A DNA stretch of 64,000 nt from a virus (lineage: Duplodnaviria; Caudoviricetes). The translations under genes were made by a program, and so were the position numbers. Under the pieces are notes generated by a model. The model did no database searches. It was given only the letters and a program-made list of their open reading frames with translations, and had not been told where the DNA came from. Location of the stretch: positions 1-64,000 of the IMG/VR virus record IMGVR_UViG_2603880160_000004; one strand, given 5' to 3'. Shown in pieces: positions 47,299-56,252 of this stretch (its first letter is position 1; every line of letters begins with the position of its first letter).

Positions 47299-48180
47299 TT
47301 AATTAATTGAGATTGTTGTAGGTTCAGGATTTATATGTTCCTTTTTCTTGTATTTTTTATAACTACTAAATCCTCCACGTTCCTCAACCCATTTTGATGG
47401 TTTTATTTTAAAGAATCCAAATCTACCTTGATTGTCTGCCAAATAAACTTCTCCCGATGCAATTGAATTTAATTTTTGACCTATTTCATCTATCACTTGA
47501 ATTTTTTGTTCTTCAGTCTCCCACGTCTCTAAAAAGTCAACAACATTCTCTCTCCATAAAATATCTTTCACATGAACGTTATGAACTATTGTCTCATTCC
47601 ACATCCCACCTTGTTCACTATAGTTATTAAAATTACTAAAAAACTCTCTAATTTTTTTGGAGTTTCTTTTTATAATTTCATCCATTTTACGATAATACCT
47701 ACCTATTGTTTGTACGTCAAAATCGTTTGTACTGTCATATTCGGATTCTTCATCTAACCCCATCTCTTCTCTAATTGATTTTGGAAACACATATATCGGA
47801 ATCCATCGTCTACCTGTTGCGTCCGGAGAACTCATCATATCTCTAGGACCTTCAAACAATAAGTCACCCACTATTTCATATATAATACCACCTTCAGTTT
47901 GAACACCGTTCATTTTATTTAATAAATCTTTGTTCATATATTTGAACGTAGATATTGATTTTCGTTTACCAATTATAGATTTAATATTGTCAATGTTTTC
48001 AACGTCACTAACATGAAATGATTTGACTTGTTTTTTACCCCATATGTAATTAACAAAAGAAGGGGTAAGTGGAATGTCTAATTGTGAAATATGTGATGAA
48101 ACAGATTTAATCCAAGCAATCTCATTTAATTGTTGTTGTTCTATTAAGTTTAATTGTTGTTCTGTTATTTCTAATTTCAT
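47299..48180 (-). CDS. Hypothetical protein with ITEQQL tag
   Basis: MKLEITEQQLNLIEQQQLNE; internal H, SIST and WNE motifs. Confidence 0.75.
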   Translation of the reverse strand: MKLEITEQQLNLIEQQQLNEIAWIKSVSSHISQLDIPLTPSFVNYIWGKKQVKSFHVSDVENIDNIKSIIGKRKSISTFKYMNKDLLNKMNGVQTEGGIIYEIVGDLLFEGPRDMMSSPDATGRRWIPIYVFPKSIREEMGLDEESEYDSTNDFDVQTIGRYYRKMDEIIKRNSKKIREFFSNFNNYSEQGGMWNETIVHNVHVKDILWRENVVDFLETWETEEQKIQVIDEIGQKLNSIASGEVYLADNQGRFGFFKIKPSKWVEERGGFSSYKKYKKKEHINPEPTTISIN

Positions 48181-48899
48181 TACTTTGTAGGTGATGTGAT
48201 ATTCGTACCAGGGGTATTACTACCAGGTATTGGTGTGTTAGTTTGACCATTCGACAACACATATGGATATGTCTCAATACCAACAATACCATCTACTTTA
48301 ATATTTTTAGATGTTTGTAACGCTTTAACTGCGGCAAGTGTTTTATTTCCAAAATAACCTGTGATTGGGGTTACGTCCAATAAATTTTGTAGTTCTTTAA
48401 CACCTTGTGTTTTACAACCAAATTTCAACATTTTTCCTTTAGATGCATCAATTAATTGTGGTGCACAATTTACTGTAGAAATTCCGTTTGACCATTTGTT
48501 ATCCTTTGAATTAAATTTCTTATTACCTAATGTAATTTCAATTGAACCATTATTATCTTTCCACGTCCCCTTTTCAATCTCATCAGGATCGCCAATTTTA
48601 CTCGTAAAAAAACTACCATTTTGTTCAAAGTTCCAATCGACATTACCAACTGTTCCCCATATGTAATTCTCTCCGTTTCCAACAACTTCAGGTTCTTTTG
48701 TGTATGATTTAACAAATTTTTCAACGTTTGTACCGGTCCACCATCCTTTATTGACTTGATATGGAACCTTTTGGTTATTTGTTACTGGATTCAATTGTGA
48801 TTTTAAATTGGGGTTACCTATAGGTGCACCTTGTTCTTTTATAACTTTAGATACGATATCTTTAAGTTGGTTTTCTGTTAATTTGATAATTCTTTTCAT
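48180..48899 (-). CDS. Tagged protein with C-terminal peptidoglycan-binding domain
   Basis: MKRIIKLTENQL; VKELQNLL..GYFG.KT.AAVKALQ....VDGIVG.ET. Confidence 0.8.
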   Translation of the reverse strand: MKRIIKLTENQLKDIVSKVIKEQGAPIGNPNLKSQLNPVTNNQKVPYQVNKGWWTGTNVEKFVKSYTKEPEVVGNGENYIWGTVGNVDWNFEQNGSFFTSKIGDPDEIEKGTWKDNNGSIEITLGNKKFNSKDNKWSNGISTVNCAPQLIDASKGKMLKFGCKTQGVKELQNLLDVTPITGYFGNKTLAAVKALQTSKNIKVDGIVGIETYPYVLSNGQTNTPIPGSNTPGTNITSPTK

Positions 48900-48916
48900 G
48901 TTATATAAATATTATG

Positions 48917-49246
48917 TTATTTGTGTTTGATTATAAGTTCACCAAGTACTTCCAATCTACCCACTTCAGTTTGAAACGCAGTTTGGTCCATATCTAATGA
49001 TATTTTATTTAACGTTTCCATAAATTCTTTTTTAGACTTATCCATATCGAATTTACCTTCGGAGGCTTCTTTATAATATGGTAATTTAACCTTAAAGTGG
49101 TGGTAAGTCAACATTGAAGGTCCACCTTTTTCTTTTGCACTATTTGCAATTTTAGACGCACCACCCATTCTTTTTAAAACAAACTCATCAAATGACTTTG
49201 ATTCTGTTAATAGTTTATATTGTTGTTCTGATAGTAATAGTTTCAT
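48917..49246 (-). CDS. Hypothetical protein with LSEQQY tag
   Basis: MKLLLSEQQYKLLTE. Confidence 0.7.
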   Translation of the reverse strand: MKLLLSEQQYKLLTESKSFDEFVLKRMGGASKIANSAKEKGGPSMLTYHHFKVKLPYYKEASEGKFDMDKSKKEFMETLNKISLDMDQTAFQTEVGRLEVLGELIIKHK

Positions 49247-49247
49247 A

Positions 49248-49622
49248 TTAATATTGTGCGTGATATTCTATTTTAGTTATTTCACCACCCTCTTTATAGA
49301 ATTCATATCTTTGTTCTTTGGTTATCGCCCTATCCATCGCCATAAACATCGCTTTAAATTCATTATCGTTATATGTTTTTTTACCTGTATTCTTTTTCTC
49401 CAATAATCTTTGAGCCATTGGATATACCAATTTGTCATTGAATTTAAATATCTTTTTAAGGTCGTTGATAGGTGTATTTTGGACTTCACCATCCTCACCA
49501 CGAAGAAATCTTGATAGGAACCCCAACATAGTTTGTTCGACAGATGTTAGGTTACCAGTTTGAGTTTGTTGTTCGTTTAGAACAATTTTTCTTAGTTGTG
49601 TCTCATTTATGATAAGTTTCAT
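49248..49622 (-). CDS. Hypothetical protein with INETQL tag
   Basis: Likely start 49622 MKLIINETQLRKIVLNEQ; TATTTATA at 49627-34. Confidence 0.7.
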   Translation of the reverse strand: MKLIINETQLRKIVLNEQQTQTGNLTSVEQTMLGFLSRFLRGEDGEVQNTPINDLKKIFKFNDKLVYPMAQRLLEKKNTGKKTYNDNEFKAMFMAMDRAITKEQRYEFYKEGGEITKIEYHAQY

Positions 49623-49638
49623 ATTATATAAATATAAC

Positions 49639-49726
49639 AAAAAGGGATATGAGTAGCGAATTCATATCCCAACGGAACGTTAACCATTCCGGTCCTAAGT
49701 CGGGTCTTCAAACCCGAGGTATCTTT
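49639..49726 (-). ncRNA. Candidate structured RNA complementary to 23S rRNA H69-H71
   Basis: Three hairpins; linker CTTAGGACCG and terminator loop ATTCGCTAC. Confidence 0.5.
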
Positions 49727-49741
49727 AATTGTGTTCAATAA

Positions 49742-50254
49742 CTACCATCTTAAAAGTCCAAAAAGACCGCGAGACCTTGTACCATCACAAAAATATGTTG
49801 TTCTTTTCGTTCTAAATAATTTACCTAAAAAAGATAACACTAATGCGAAAAGAATCACACCAACAGCAATAGCAACACCAGGATTCATACTAACACCTAA
49901 TAAGGTAACGACAGCAGGTGCCGCAACTTGTTCAGATTGTAATTTTGATTGTCTCTTTAATTCCTTCAGTTGTTTTTTCACTTGCATTAATTCAGAAAAT
50001 GATGCTGTTTTCATCTTTTCCTTTAGTTCCATTATCTTTTGTCGGTCTTCACCGCTAACATTTGATGGTAAATCGATATTGTCTGTTTCTAAACATATGA
50101 TTCCCTCATATTCTTCTATTGTCAAATCTTCGTCAACTTTTTGATTAAATTCTTGGGTATCTTGTTGTAACATAATCATGGATTGAGAATCGTCTTCATT
50201 TAGATTCATCATGATTTTAATTCTATCAATTTGTTCGTGTAATGTTTGTTTCAT
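49742..50254 (-). CDS. Membrane-anchored hypothetical protein
   Basis: MKQTLHEQIDRIKIMMNLNE; C-terminal TM. Confidence 0.7.
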   Translation of the reverse strand: MKQTLHEQIDRIKIMMNLNEDDSQSMIMLQQDTQEFNQKVDEDLTIEEYEGIICLETDNIDLPSNVSGEDRQKIMELKEKMKTASFSELMQVKKQLKELKRQSKLQSEQVAAPAVVTLLGVSMNPGVAIAVGVILFALVLSFLGKLFRTKRTTYFCDGTRSRGLFGLLRW

Positions 50255-50255
50255 A

Positions 50256-50378
50256 TTACTTCTTTAATTCTTTCTTCAAACGATTAATTATTTCAGTGTT
50301 TTTGGAGGTTCTCTTAAATGATTTAACTCCAGATTTTATACTTCTCATTGCTCGTTTTTTTGGTGCCGCGGTTCCCAT
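50256..50378 (-). CDS. Small basic peptide (40 aa, not in ORF track)
   Basis: MGTAAPKKRAMRSIKSGVKSFKR...; TATTTATA at 50394-401. Confidence 0.45.
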   Translation of the reverse strand: MGTAAPKKRAMRSIKSGVKSFKRTSKNTEIINRLKKELKK

Positions 50379-50379
50379 A

Positions 50380-52056
50380 TTAAATTGTTTTTTTATAAAT
50401 ATCTCTTACCGTATCAATTAACGATAATTTGGATTCGTTTATTTTAAATTTACTTTTAGGGGTTTTAGGTGTTTCTCTTTCCGGATAGTCACCGACATAT
50501 TCTATTTTATTTCTTTCAACAACTTTTAATTTGTTCTCTAATAATTTATCATATTGACCTTCTTTAAGGGTATGAGGTATACGAATCAAACCCAAACCGT
50601 AATTATTAGTTTTAATAAATTCATTTTTTATATTATCACTTTCGTACAATATATTATAATTCATTTGTCTAGTGTACTCTGATTTACCAAACGTGGGTTC
50701 AAAATGTTGTTTTCCGTCATATTCAATAAGAACATTATATGGTTCTGGTAAATAAAAATCAAATTTTTGATTACCAAGTTCAGGATAGTTCTTTTCTTTT
50801 TCAAATTTTATACCATTTTTTCTTAATAGTTCACCAATGTATCTTTCATTTCTTGATTCTTGACATATTGGACAACCTTGTCCTGTAGAATGATTAGAGG
50901 GAGTTTGCCAAAACATTCCATGTTCTTTATCATTAGGACCTTTTACGTGACATTCAATAGGTATTTTTGTGTTTCCATTAATAAATTCTTTATCAATATT
51001 TGGGTAAGTGTATTTAATCGACCTATTAGACTGAACATCCTCAAATTTTCTTTTATAATTATTTAAATTGTTAACCCTATCACATTCTTTACATTCAATT
51101 GAACCTCCTCTTTTAATTGCGTCTGTAATTGATGATGGGTAACTTCTTTCAATAGGGTATGGTGTTTTTCCATGTAATGTACAACCAAGTGTTATCGGTG
51201 TTTCTCTATTGATATAGTCCGATAATAAAACAAATCTATCTCCCGAATATTCACGAACTTTATCCATGAAGTTTTTTTCTTCAATTGCAATTCTTTCACA
51301 TTCTGAACATAAAGGTATTCCATCATAAAAATATTTTGCTTTTACTTTTGTGACTTCTTTATTATGTTTTTTACATTTTATTTTTCCGTTTTGATACGGA
51401 CTTTTATATTCCATACCAGACCACTCATACCAACTTATTGGAATGTGGTATAATTTCATTCTTTCTTTAACTTTTCTTATAAACTCTGCACGAGAAAGAT
51501 TAATTGGTTGTTTAACTATTCCTTGTTCGTCTTTACATTTCCCACAACCAACATTTTGATATATGTGAAGTTGTGCATTTTTTATAGTTTGTTTACCGTG
51601 AGGTTTTCCATCGGAACCAACTTTCGGACAATAAAAATCAAATTCATTATTGATACCAGTATATCTTCTTAAACCTGGTCTATTGTAGATATATAAAGGA
51701 TTTCCATTTTCATCCTTCCATATCTCTTTTACCTTACTATAAAAATCATTTTTAGTTGATTTAATATTATTTTGACTATCATCTTTTTTACACTCACTAC
51801 ATCCATTTGGACCAATACGACCTTTCAATAGATACTCAACAAGTGCAGGGAAATCAACGTTATGTTTCTTACAATGAACATTTACGGTTGAATTTTTTGT
51901 GAAATTTTCTTGATTACCGAAATCATAAAGACTACCTTTTCCATAAGGGAACAATTGTTTCATTTTTAATAAAAAATCTTCCTTTGACCTCGCTTCAGTT
52001 TTTTCACTTAACGGTAATAGGTTTTCATCTTCCAATATAATATCAAATAATTTCAT
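50380..52056 (-). CDS. Homing-endonuclease-like protein: repeated C..H..C..C zinc modules + PD-(D/E)xK (DUF559/Vsr-like) nuclease
   Basis: Five C-x-H...C-x2-C repeats; FDFYLP..LIEYDGKQH..D..KN..LIRIP. Confidence 0.8.
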   Translation of the reverse strand: MKLFDIILEDENLLPLSEKTEARSKEDFLLKMKQLFPYGKGSLYDFGNQENFTKNSTVNVHCKKHNVDFPALVEYLLKGRIGPNGCSECKKDDSQNNIKSTKNDFYSKVKEIWKDENGNPLYIYNRPGLRRYTGINNEFDFYCPKVGSDGKPHGKQTIKNAQLHIYQNVGCGKCKDEQGIVKQPINLSRAEFIRKVKERMKLYHIPISWYEWSGMEYKSPYQNGKIKCKKHNKEVTKVKAKYFYDGIPLCSECERIAIEEKNFMDKVREYSGDRFVLLSDYINRETPITLGCTLHGKTPYPIERSYPSSITDAIKRGGSIECKECDRVNNLNNYKRKFEDVQSNRSIKYTYPNIDKEFINGNTKIPIECHVKGPNDKEHGMFWQTPSNHSTGQGCPICQESRNERYIGELLRKNGIKFEKEKNYPELGNQKFDFYLPEPYNVLIEYDGKQHFEPTFGKSEYTRQMNYNILYESDNIKNEFIKTNNYGLGLIRIPHTLKEGQYDKLLENKLKVVERNKIEYVGDYPERETPKTPKSKFKINESKLSLIDTVRDIYKKTI

Positions 52057-52062
52057 GTTTCT

Positions 52063-52893
52063 TTATTGTATTATGAAATCCCCCATTTCAGAATTACCCG
52101 ATAACACGTTAGGTGATGTTAATGTTAATTCAAATGCTTGACCATTTAATTTTTGACCTCCGTATGTACCGGGACCAACAATTTTCATATTAAAATTTTT
52201 CCCATTCACATTCTCCAAATTCTGAACTGTAAGTTGGTATTTTTGATTATCCTTATCTCTTATTGCAACATACGTTTTACCATCTTCAAAATTACCATTG
52301 AAAGTTGATTGTTGGGTATTATTAGGTTTGTCAACAGGAGTTGTTTTACCACCAACAGGAGGGAATGAATTAGGTTTTGTATAACGATAGAAGACCTGTC
52401 TAAATGAGTTCTGACCACCTTTATGTATGAAATCGTTAACTTTCTGAATATCAATGTTAGATTCGGTATATGTGGTCATAATACGTTTCTTAGCCGACTC
52501 CATATCATTTCCTCGTGAAACGGACTCAGCACGGTTAATAACATCATCATTACATCCCGCACCACGACTGGTAAAACCAACCCAAGATTTACCATCGGGA
52601 CTCGGTACAATAGTACAAGACCAATTGACAGTCATACCATTAACGGATACATCCACCTTAGATACCATAGGGTTCATACCACCCTTATATAACTCTTCGA
52701 GTTTATTACCAACAAGAACATTCATATTACCAATGATTTTACTAACCTGTTTACCATTTATGATTTGTTTTGTGCTTTGAAACGCATGTAATTCATCACA
52801 GTCATTTGCGGTATATGTACCACTTACAACAACCGTGGATGATTGTTCCGTTATTATACGTTTTAATTGTTGTTCAGATATTAAAATTTTCAT
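52063..52893 (-). CDS. Hypothetical protein with ISEQQL tag
   Basis: Likely start 52893 MKILISEQQLKRIITEQ; TATTTATA upstream. Confidence 0.75.
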   Translation of the reverse strand: MKILISEQQLKRIITEQSSTVVVSGTYTANDCDELHAFQSTKQIINGKQVSKIIGNMNVLVGNKLEELYKGGMNPMVSKVDVSVNGMTVNWSCTIVPSPDGKSWVGFTSRGAGCNDDVINRAESVSRGNDMESAKKRIMTTYTESNIDIQKVNDFIHKGGQNSFRQVFYRYTKPNSFPPVGGKTTPVDKPNNTQQSTFNGNFEDGKTYVAIRDKDNQKYQLTVQNLENVNGKNFNMKIVGPGTYGGQKLNGQAFELTLTSPNVLSGNSEMGDFIIQ

Positions 52894-53008
52894 ATGATAT
52901 AAATATCTCATTATTATTAAGGGACACAAAAAGAGAGAGACAAATTTCAACGGGGGTTCCGGCGTGTGAAAACAGAAAATTGTGAACGGGGTTATCGGAG
53001 GTTAGAAA

Positions 53009-53452
53009 TTAAGAACTGCTGATATCAACACCGAAGTTATCGAATTTCCTTTTATATACAGATGAGATGGCATGTCCCTTATGCATCATAAATCTATCCA
53101 TATCGGTATCTCGTTGTGTTTCAAAGTTATGGAGGGTATATTTCACCTTACCAACGACATCAAATATATACTGAACATCAACACCATCTTTAAGTTGTTT
53201 TTTAGTAGGATAGTCAATCAGGATTACAACGGTGTTTAAAGGGGGTAATTCGTAGGATACGTCCAAAGGAGGATAATTACCACCATGATGTACCTGAACC
53301 CTACCACGACCCTTAGAAAGAGCCCTATAGACATTAATCATCTTCTTAATCATCTTATGATTTTCTGGAGTGGAGTCATAACCCTTTGGTGTATTATAAT
53401 AAACAATTCTAGGTTTATTAACATTCTCTTCTAACAGGTCCATTAGTTTCAT
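53009..53452 (-). CDS. Hypothetical late protein
   Basis: MKLMDLLEE; TATTTATA 53457-64. Confidence 0.7.
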   Translation of the reverse strand: MKLMDLLEENVNKPRIVYYNTPKGYDSTPENHKMIKKMINVYRALSKGRGRVQVHHGGNYPPLDVSYELPPLNTVVILIDYPTKKQLKDGVDVQYIFDVVGKVKYTLHNFETQRDTDMDRFMMHKGHAISSVYKRKFDNFGVDISSS

Positions 53453-53529
53453 ATCTTATAAATATCTTGTATACCAAGAGTTCCTGGGGTGGTATAAATA
53501 AAAAACCCTCCATATAGGAGGGTCTTCAA

Positions 53530-53775
53530 TTATTTGCTAACTTTATGTTCGTCCCAAAACGACTTTAATTCGGTTCTAGTTAAATCATCAGACCAATTAT
53601 TCCAATCAAGATAATCTGGTATCATTATAACGTCAAATTCAACCATTGATTCGTTTTTGGTGACTTCCATAAATTCCTCACTAACTGCACTGTTTTTAAC
53701 GTACACAGTATCATTAGTATCATCATATTTCATTGTGATTGTGTTATCCAATGAATCTGTTTTTGTTGTTTCCAT
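53530..53775 (-). CDS. Acidic hypothetical protein
   Basis: TATTTATA upstream, terminator downstream. Confidence 0.65.
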   Translation of the reverse strand: METTKTDSLDNTITMKYDDTNDTVYVKNSAVSEEFMEVTKNESMVEFDVIMIPDYLDWNNWSDDLTRTELKSFWDEHKVSK

Positions 53776-53798
53776 ATTGTTTTCTTTTTATATAAATA

Positions 53799-54530
53799 TT
53801 ACGATTTATTTAAAATATAATTATACAAATGATTTCCCCAAAGTTCTTGTATAAATGTGGTGGGATGACCAGAATTTAAATCGTTACTATAATCAGGATG
53901 TTTTTGCATATATGACTTCATATCTCCTAATTCATTAAAGAATGATATATCGTTATATAATTTCACCTTATTCTCGTTCTTTAAAAGAGAAAGATTTTTT
54001 ACTTTAATATCATTTTCATTAAAATCGATGTCCATAATGGAACCAATTCCTTCAAACATGATATAATCTATGTTTTTAGATTTTAGATAGTTTTGAGCCA
54101 TAATCATTGAATGTATTGTTCTAATAACCATTTCTCTATTGTCGAACCACAATGAGATAAAATATTCTTTATTATCTTTAAAGAATTTTAAGCTTACGTT
54201 GGGGTCATTGTAATCATCATATAACGCCGAAGCAACAAAGGTGGTATAGTATCCGGTTTTATTATCAAAAAGTTCTCTACGAATAAGTTGACTCCACTGT
54301 ATACCTACACATATATTGGTCATATCGTGAGTTTCACAATAATTTATAACGTGTGTCATAATCATGTAGTTGGAAGAACCAACCCCACCATTGTGTTCGC
54401 ATTTACACCCCAATTTATTTGATAGAAAATTTCCCCACGACCCCCCTTCAGTAAAAGTACCTCCTGCGGTAAATGAACAACCAAATGATATTAATTTATC
54501 ATATTGTTTTTTAGAACTAATTAAAGACAT
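53799..54530 (-). CDS. SGNH-hydrolase-like protein
   Basis: FGCSFTAG, G.SN, IQWS..R.E, GHP. Confidence 0.7.
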   Translation of the reverse strand: MSLISSKKQYDKLISFGCSFTAGGTFTEGGSWGNFLSNKLGCKCEHNGGVGSSNYMIMTHVINYCETHDMTNICVGIQWSQLIRRELFDNKTGYYTTFVASALYDDYNDPNVSLKFFKDNKEYFISLWFDNREMVIRTIHSMIMAQNYLKSKNIDYIMFEGIGSIMDIDFNENDIKVKNLSLLKNENKVKLYNDISFFNELGDMKSYMQKHPDYSNDLNSGHPTTFIQELWGNHLYNYILNKS

Positions 54531-54554
54531 ATATGTTTTATAAATATTCCACCA

Positions 54555-54758
54555 TTATCGTAGCTTCTGTAGATTATGTATTATATTATTGATTAATCTT
54601 ACCTTATGACCTGCTTCACCTTGAATAAACATAAACTCCTTCTGCATGTTTAACCAATCAATCTGTTCGGATATACCATACTCCTCACCTTCGGTGTATC
54701 TAATTGGTCTTTCGTTGATGACGGTCTTTAGTTGAGATTCTGTAAGGATGATTTTCAT
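54555..54758 (-). CDS. Small protein with LTESQL tag
   Basis: MKIILTESQLKTVINE. Confidence 0.65.
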   Translation of the reverse strand: MKIILTESQLKTVINERPIRYTEGEEYGISEQIDWLNMQKEFMFIQGEAGHKVRLINNIIHNLQKLR

Positions 54759-54759
54759 A

Positions 54760-55056
54760 TTAACAACCGTATTTTTCTGATGCCAAATTCTTTATTTTAT
54801 GGACAACGGATGATTTAAACATTGGGTCGTCCATTTTAACTTGAGTTTCGTCTTTTCTTCCAATTGAGAACTTAATTCTTTTACCTGTTTTAGGTATATC
54901 TATTTGTGCCATAACATATTCAATTTTACTTTGGGTATGTATTTGTTTAACAAACCTTATTTGTTCAAATGTCAATTCCCCAATGAATTTACAAGTCATA
55001 AGTTGATTTAATTCTATTTTCAACTCTATAATCCTTTGGTCTATGTTATTTTCCAT
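54760..55056 (-). CDS. Hypothetical protein
   Basis: TATTTATA 55061-68. Confidence 0.65.
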   Translation of the reverse strand: MENNIDQRIIELKIELNQLMTCKFIGELTFEQIRFVKQIHTQSKIEYVMAQIDIPKTGKRIKFSIGRKDETQVKMDDPMFKSSVVHKIKNLASEKYGC

Positions 55057-55168
55057 ATGATATAAATACCCATAATTGGATATATATTTCTAATATAATG
55101 AAATTGTCCCCCGATATATAGGGAATATGGTATGAATTGGAAATATAGTTCTCATTTACCCTAAAAAA

Positions 55169-55994
55169 TCTGGAAAATTTTTAAATCACTTTTAGGGGTA
55201 AAGTCCATTTTTTCACTTTTTTTCTATCTATTATCAATGTATAAGTAAACACCAACATAGTAATCTAAAAAATGTTCATTCCATAAATCCCACTTAATAT
55301 CAAAAAAATCTAATGACATTATTTGATAGTTTTCAAAATGAGGTAGAACATTGTCCCTGAAATTTCTAAATTGTTCTTTCTGAATCTTATAACCCAAATG
55401 ACATTCAATTACAATCTTGGGAATGTTTTTTAAAATAGATAAATTCTCTTCAGTTAATATACTATACTCTCCCCCCTCACAATCTATTTTTAGGAAATTA
55501 ATATTGGATAATCTGTTTTGTTCAATAAATTCTTTGAAAGTCAATGTTCTAACATCTTGTTCCTGTCCGTCCCATGAAATCTTCATGTATCTCTCAGAGG
55601 ATATTGCTGCGTTAGTGAAAGATACGGGATGTCCCTCCAAATTTTTCTTCAATACATCAAAAAACGTTATAATCGGTTCCACAACGTAAATGTGTTTCGG
55701 TTTCTTATGTAATACACTATAAGGGAAATCCCCGACCGTTGAACCTATATCTACAACAATATCATTCTCTTCCACTTGAAAGATTTTCTCATAGTCACTA
55801 TTTTCACCGTTATTAATCGGATTGAATATTTCATTCATGAGGTATTCTTTGAGATGATCAGAAGTGGGACCCCAGTCAAAACTACTTAAATCTATTTTCA
55901 TAATTATAATATAGATAAAATCCACAAGAATGTAAATTTTCTGGAAAATTTTTATTTCACTTTTAGGGGTAAAGTCCATTTTTTGACTTTTTTT
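55169..55994. repeat. ~54-bp direct repeat pair (55169-55222, 55940-55994) flanking an FkbM gene
   Basis: Identical 28-bp core TCACTTTTAGGGGTAAAGTCCATTTTTT plus shared TCTGGAAAATTTTTA. Confidence 0.85.
55224..55901 (-). CDS. FkbM family methyltransferase
   Basis: VVDIGSTVG, VEP, NAAIS, FLKIDCEGGEY; likely start MKIDLSSF at 55901. Confidence 0.85.
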   Translation of the reverse strand: MKIDLSSFDWGPTSDHLKEYLMNEIFNPINNGENSDYEKIFQVEENDIVVDIGSTVGDFPYSVLHKKPKHIYVVEPIITFFDVLKKNLEGHPVSFTNAAISSERYMKISWDGQEQDVRTLTFKEFIEQNRLSNINFLKIDCEGGEYSILTEENLSILKNIPKIVIECHLGYKIQKEQFRNFRDNVLPHFENYQIMSLDFFDIKWDLWNEHFLDYYVGVYLYIDNR

Positions 55995-56020
55995 CCGGAA
56001 AAATTTCAGTCGAGGTATTG

Positions 56021-56100
56021 ACCCCCCTTTCAGAACACCGAAATACCCCCTATATAAGGGGGGATACGGGAGGGGGGAGGGGGTATATCCCTACACCCAC
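56021..56100. other. C/G-run element at the strand-switch point (terminus/pac/origin candidate)
   Basis: ATACCCCC...GGGGGTAT inverted repeat; four G runs; genes diverge on either side. Confidence 0.45.
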
Positions 56101-56252
56101 TACTGATAGGGGGATGCCACACAACATTGTTCCCGAAGGGTTCACCTATGGTTACCAACAAGTTATTAACAACGGAATGTGGATAACTTTATTTGTATAT
56201 TCTAACTTTGTATTAGTATATACACTATCTTTGTATCCACAAACAATAAGAT

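Noticed and set aside
49639-49726. rRNA gene fragment or intact I-CeuI site
   Set aside because: Only two short segments, in permuted order and separated by non-rRNA hairpins; no flanking 23S sequence.
52945-53002. GC-rich spacer with two AACGGGG(G)TT copies
   Set aside because: Only two short copies and no stable fold or context to interpret.
458-55689. Many short antisense or alternate-frame ORFs in the track
   Set aside because: They are nested in well-supported genes and lack start context or recognisable motifs.
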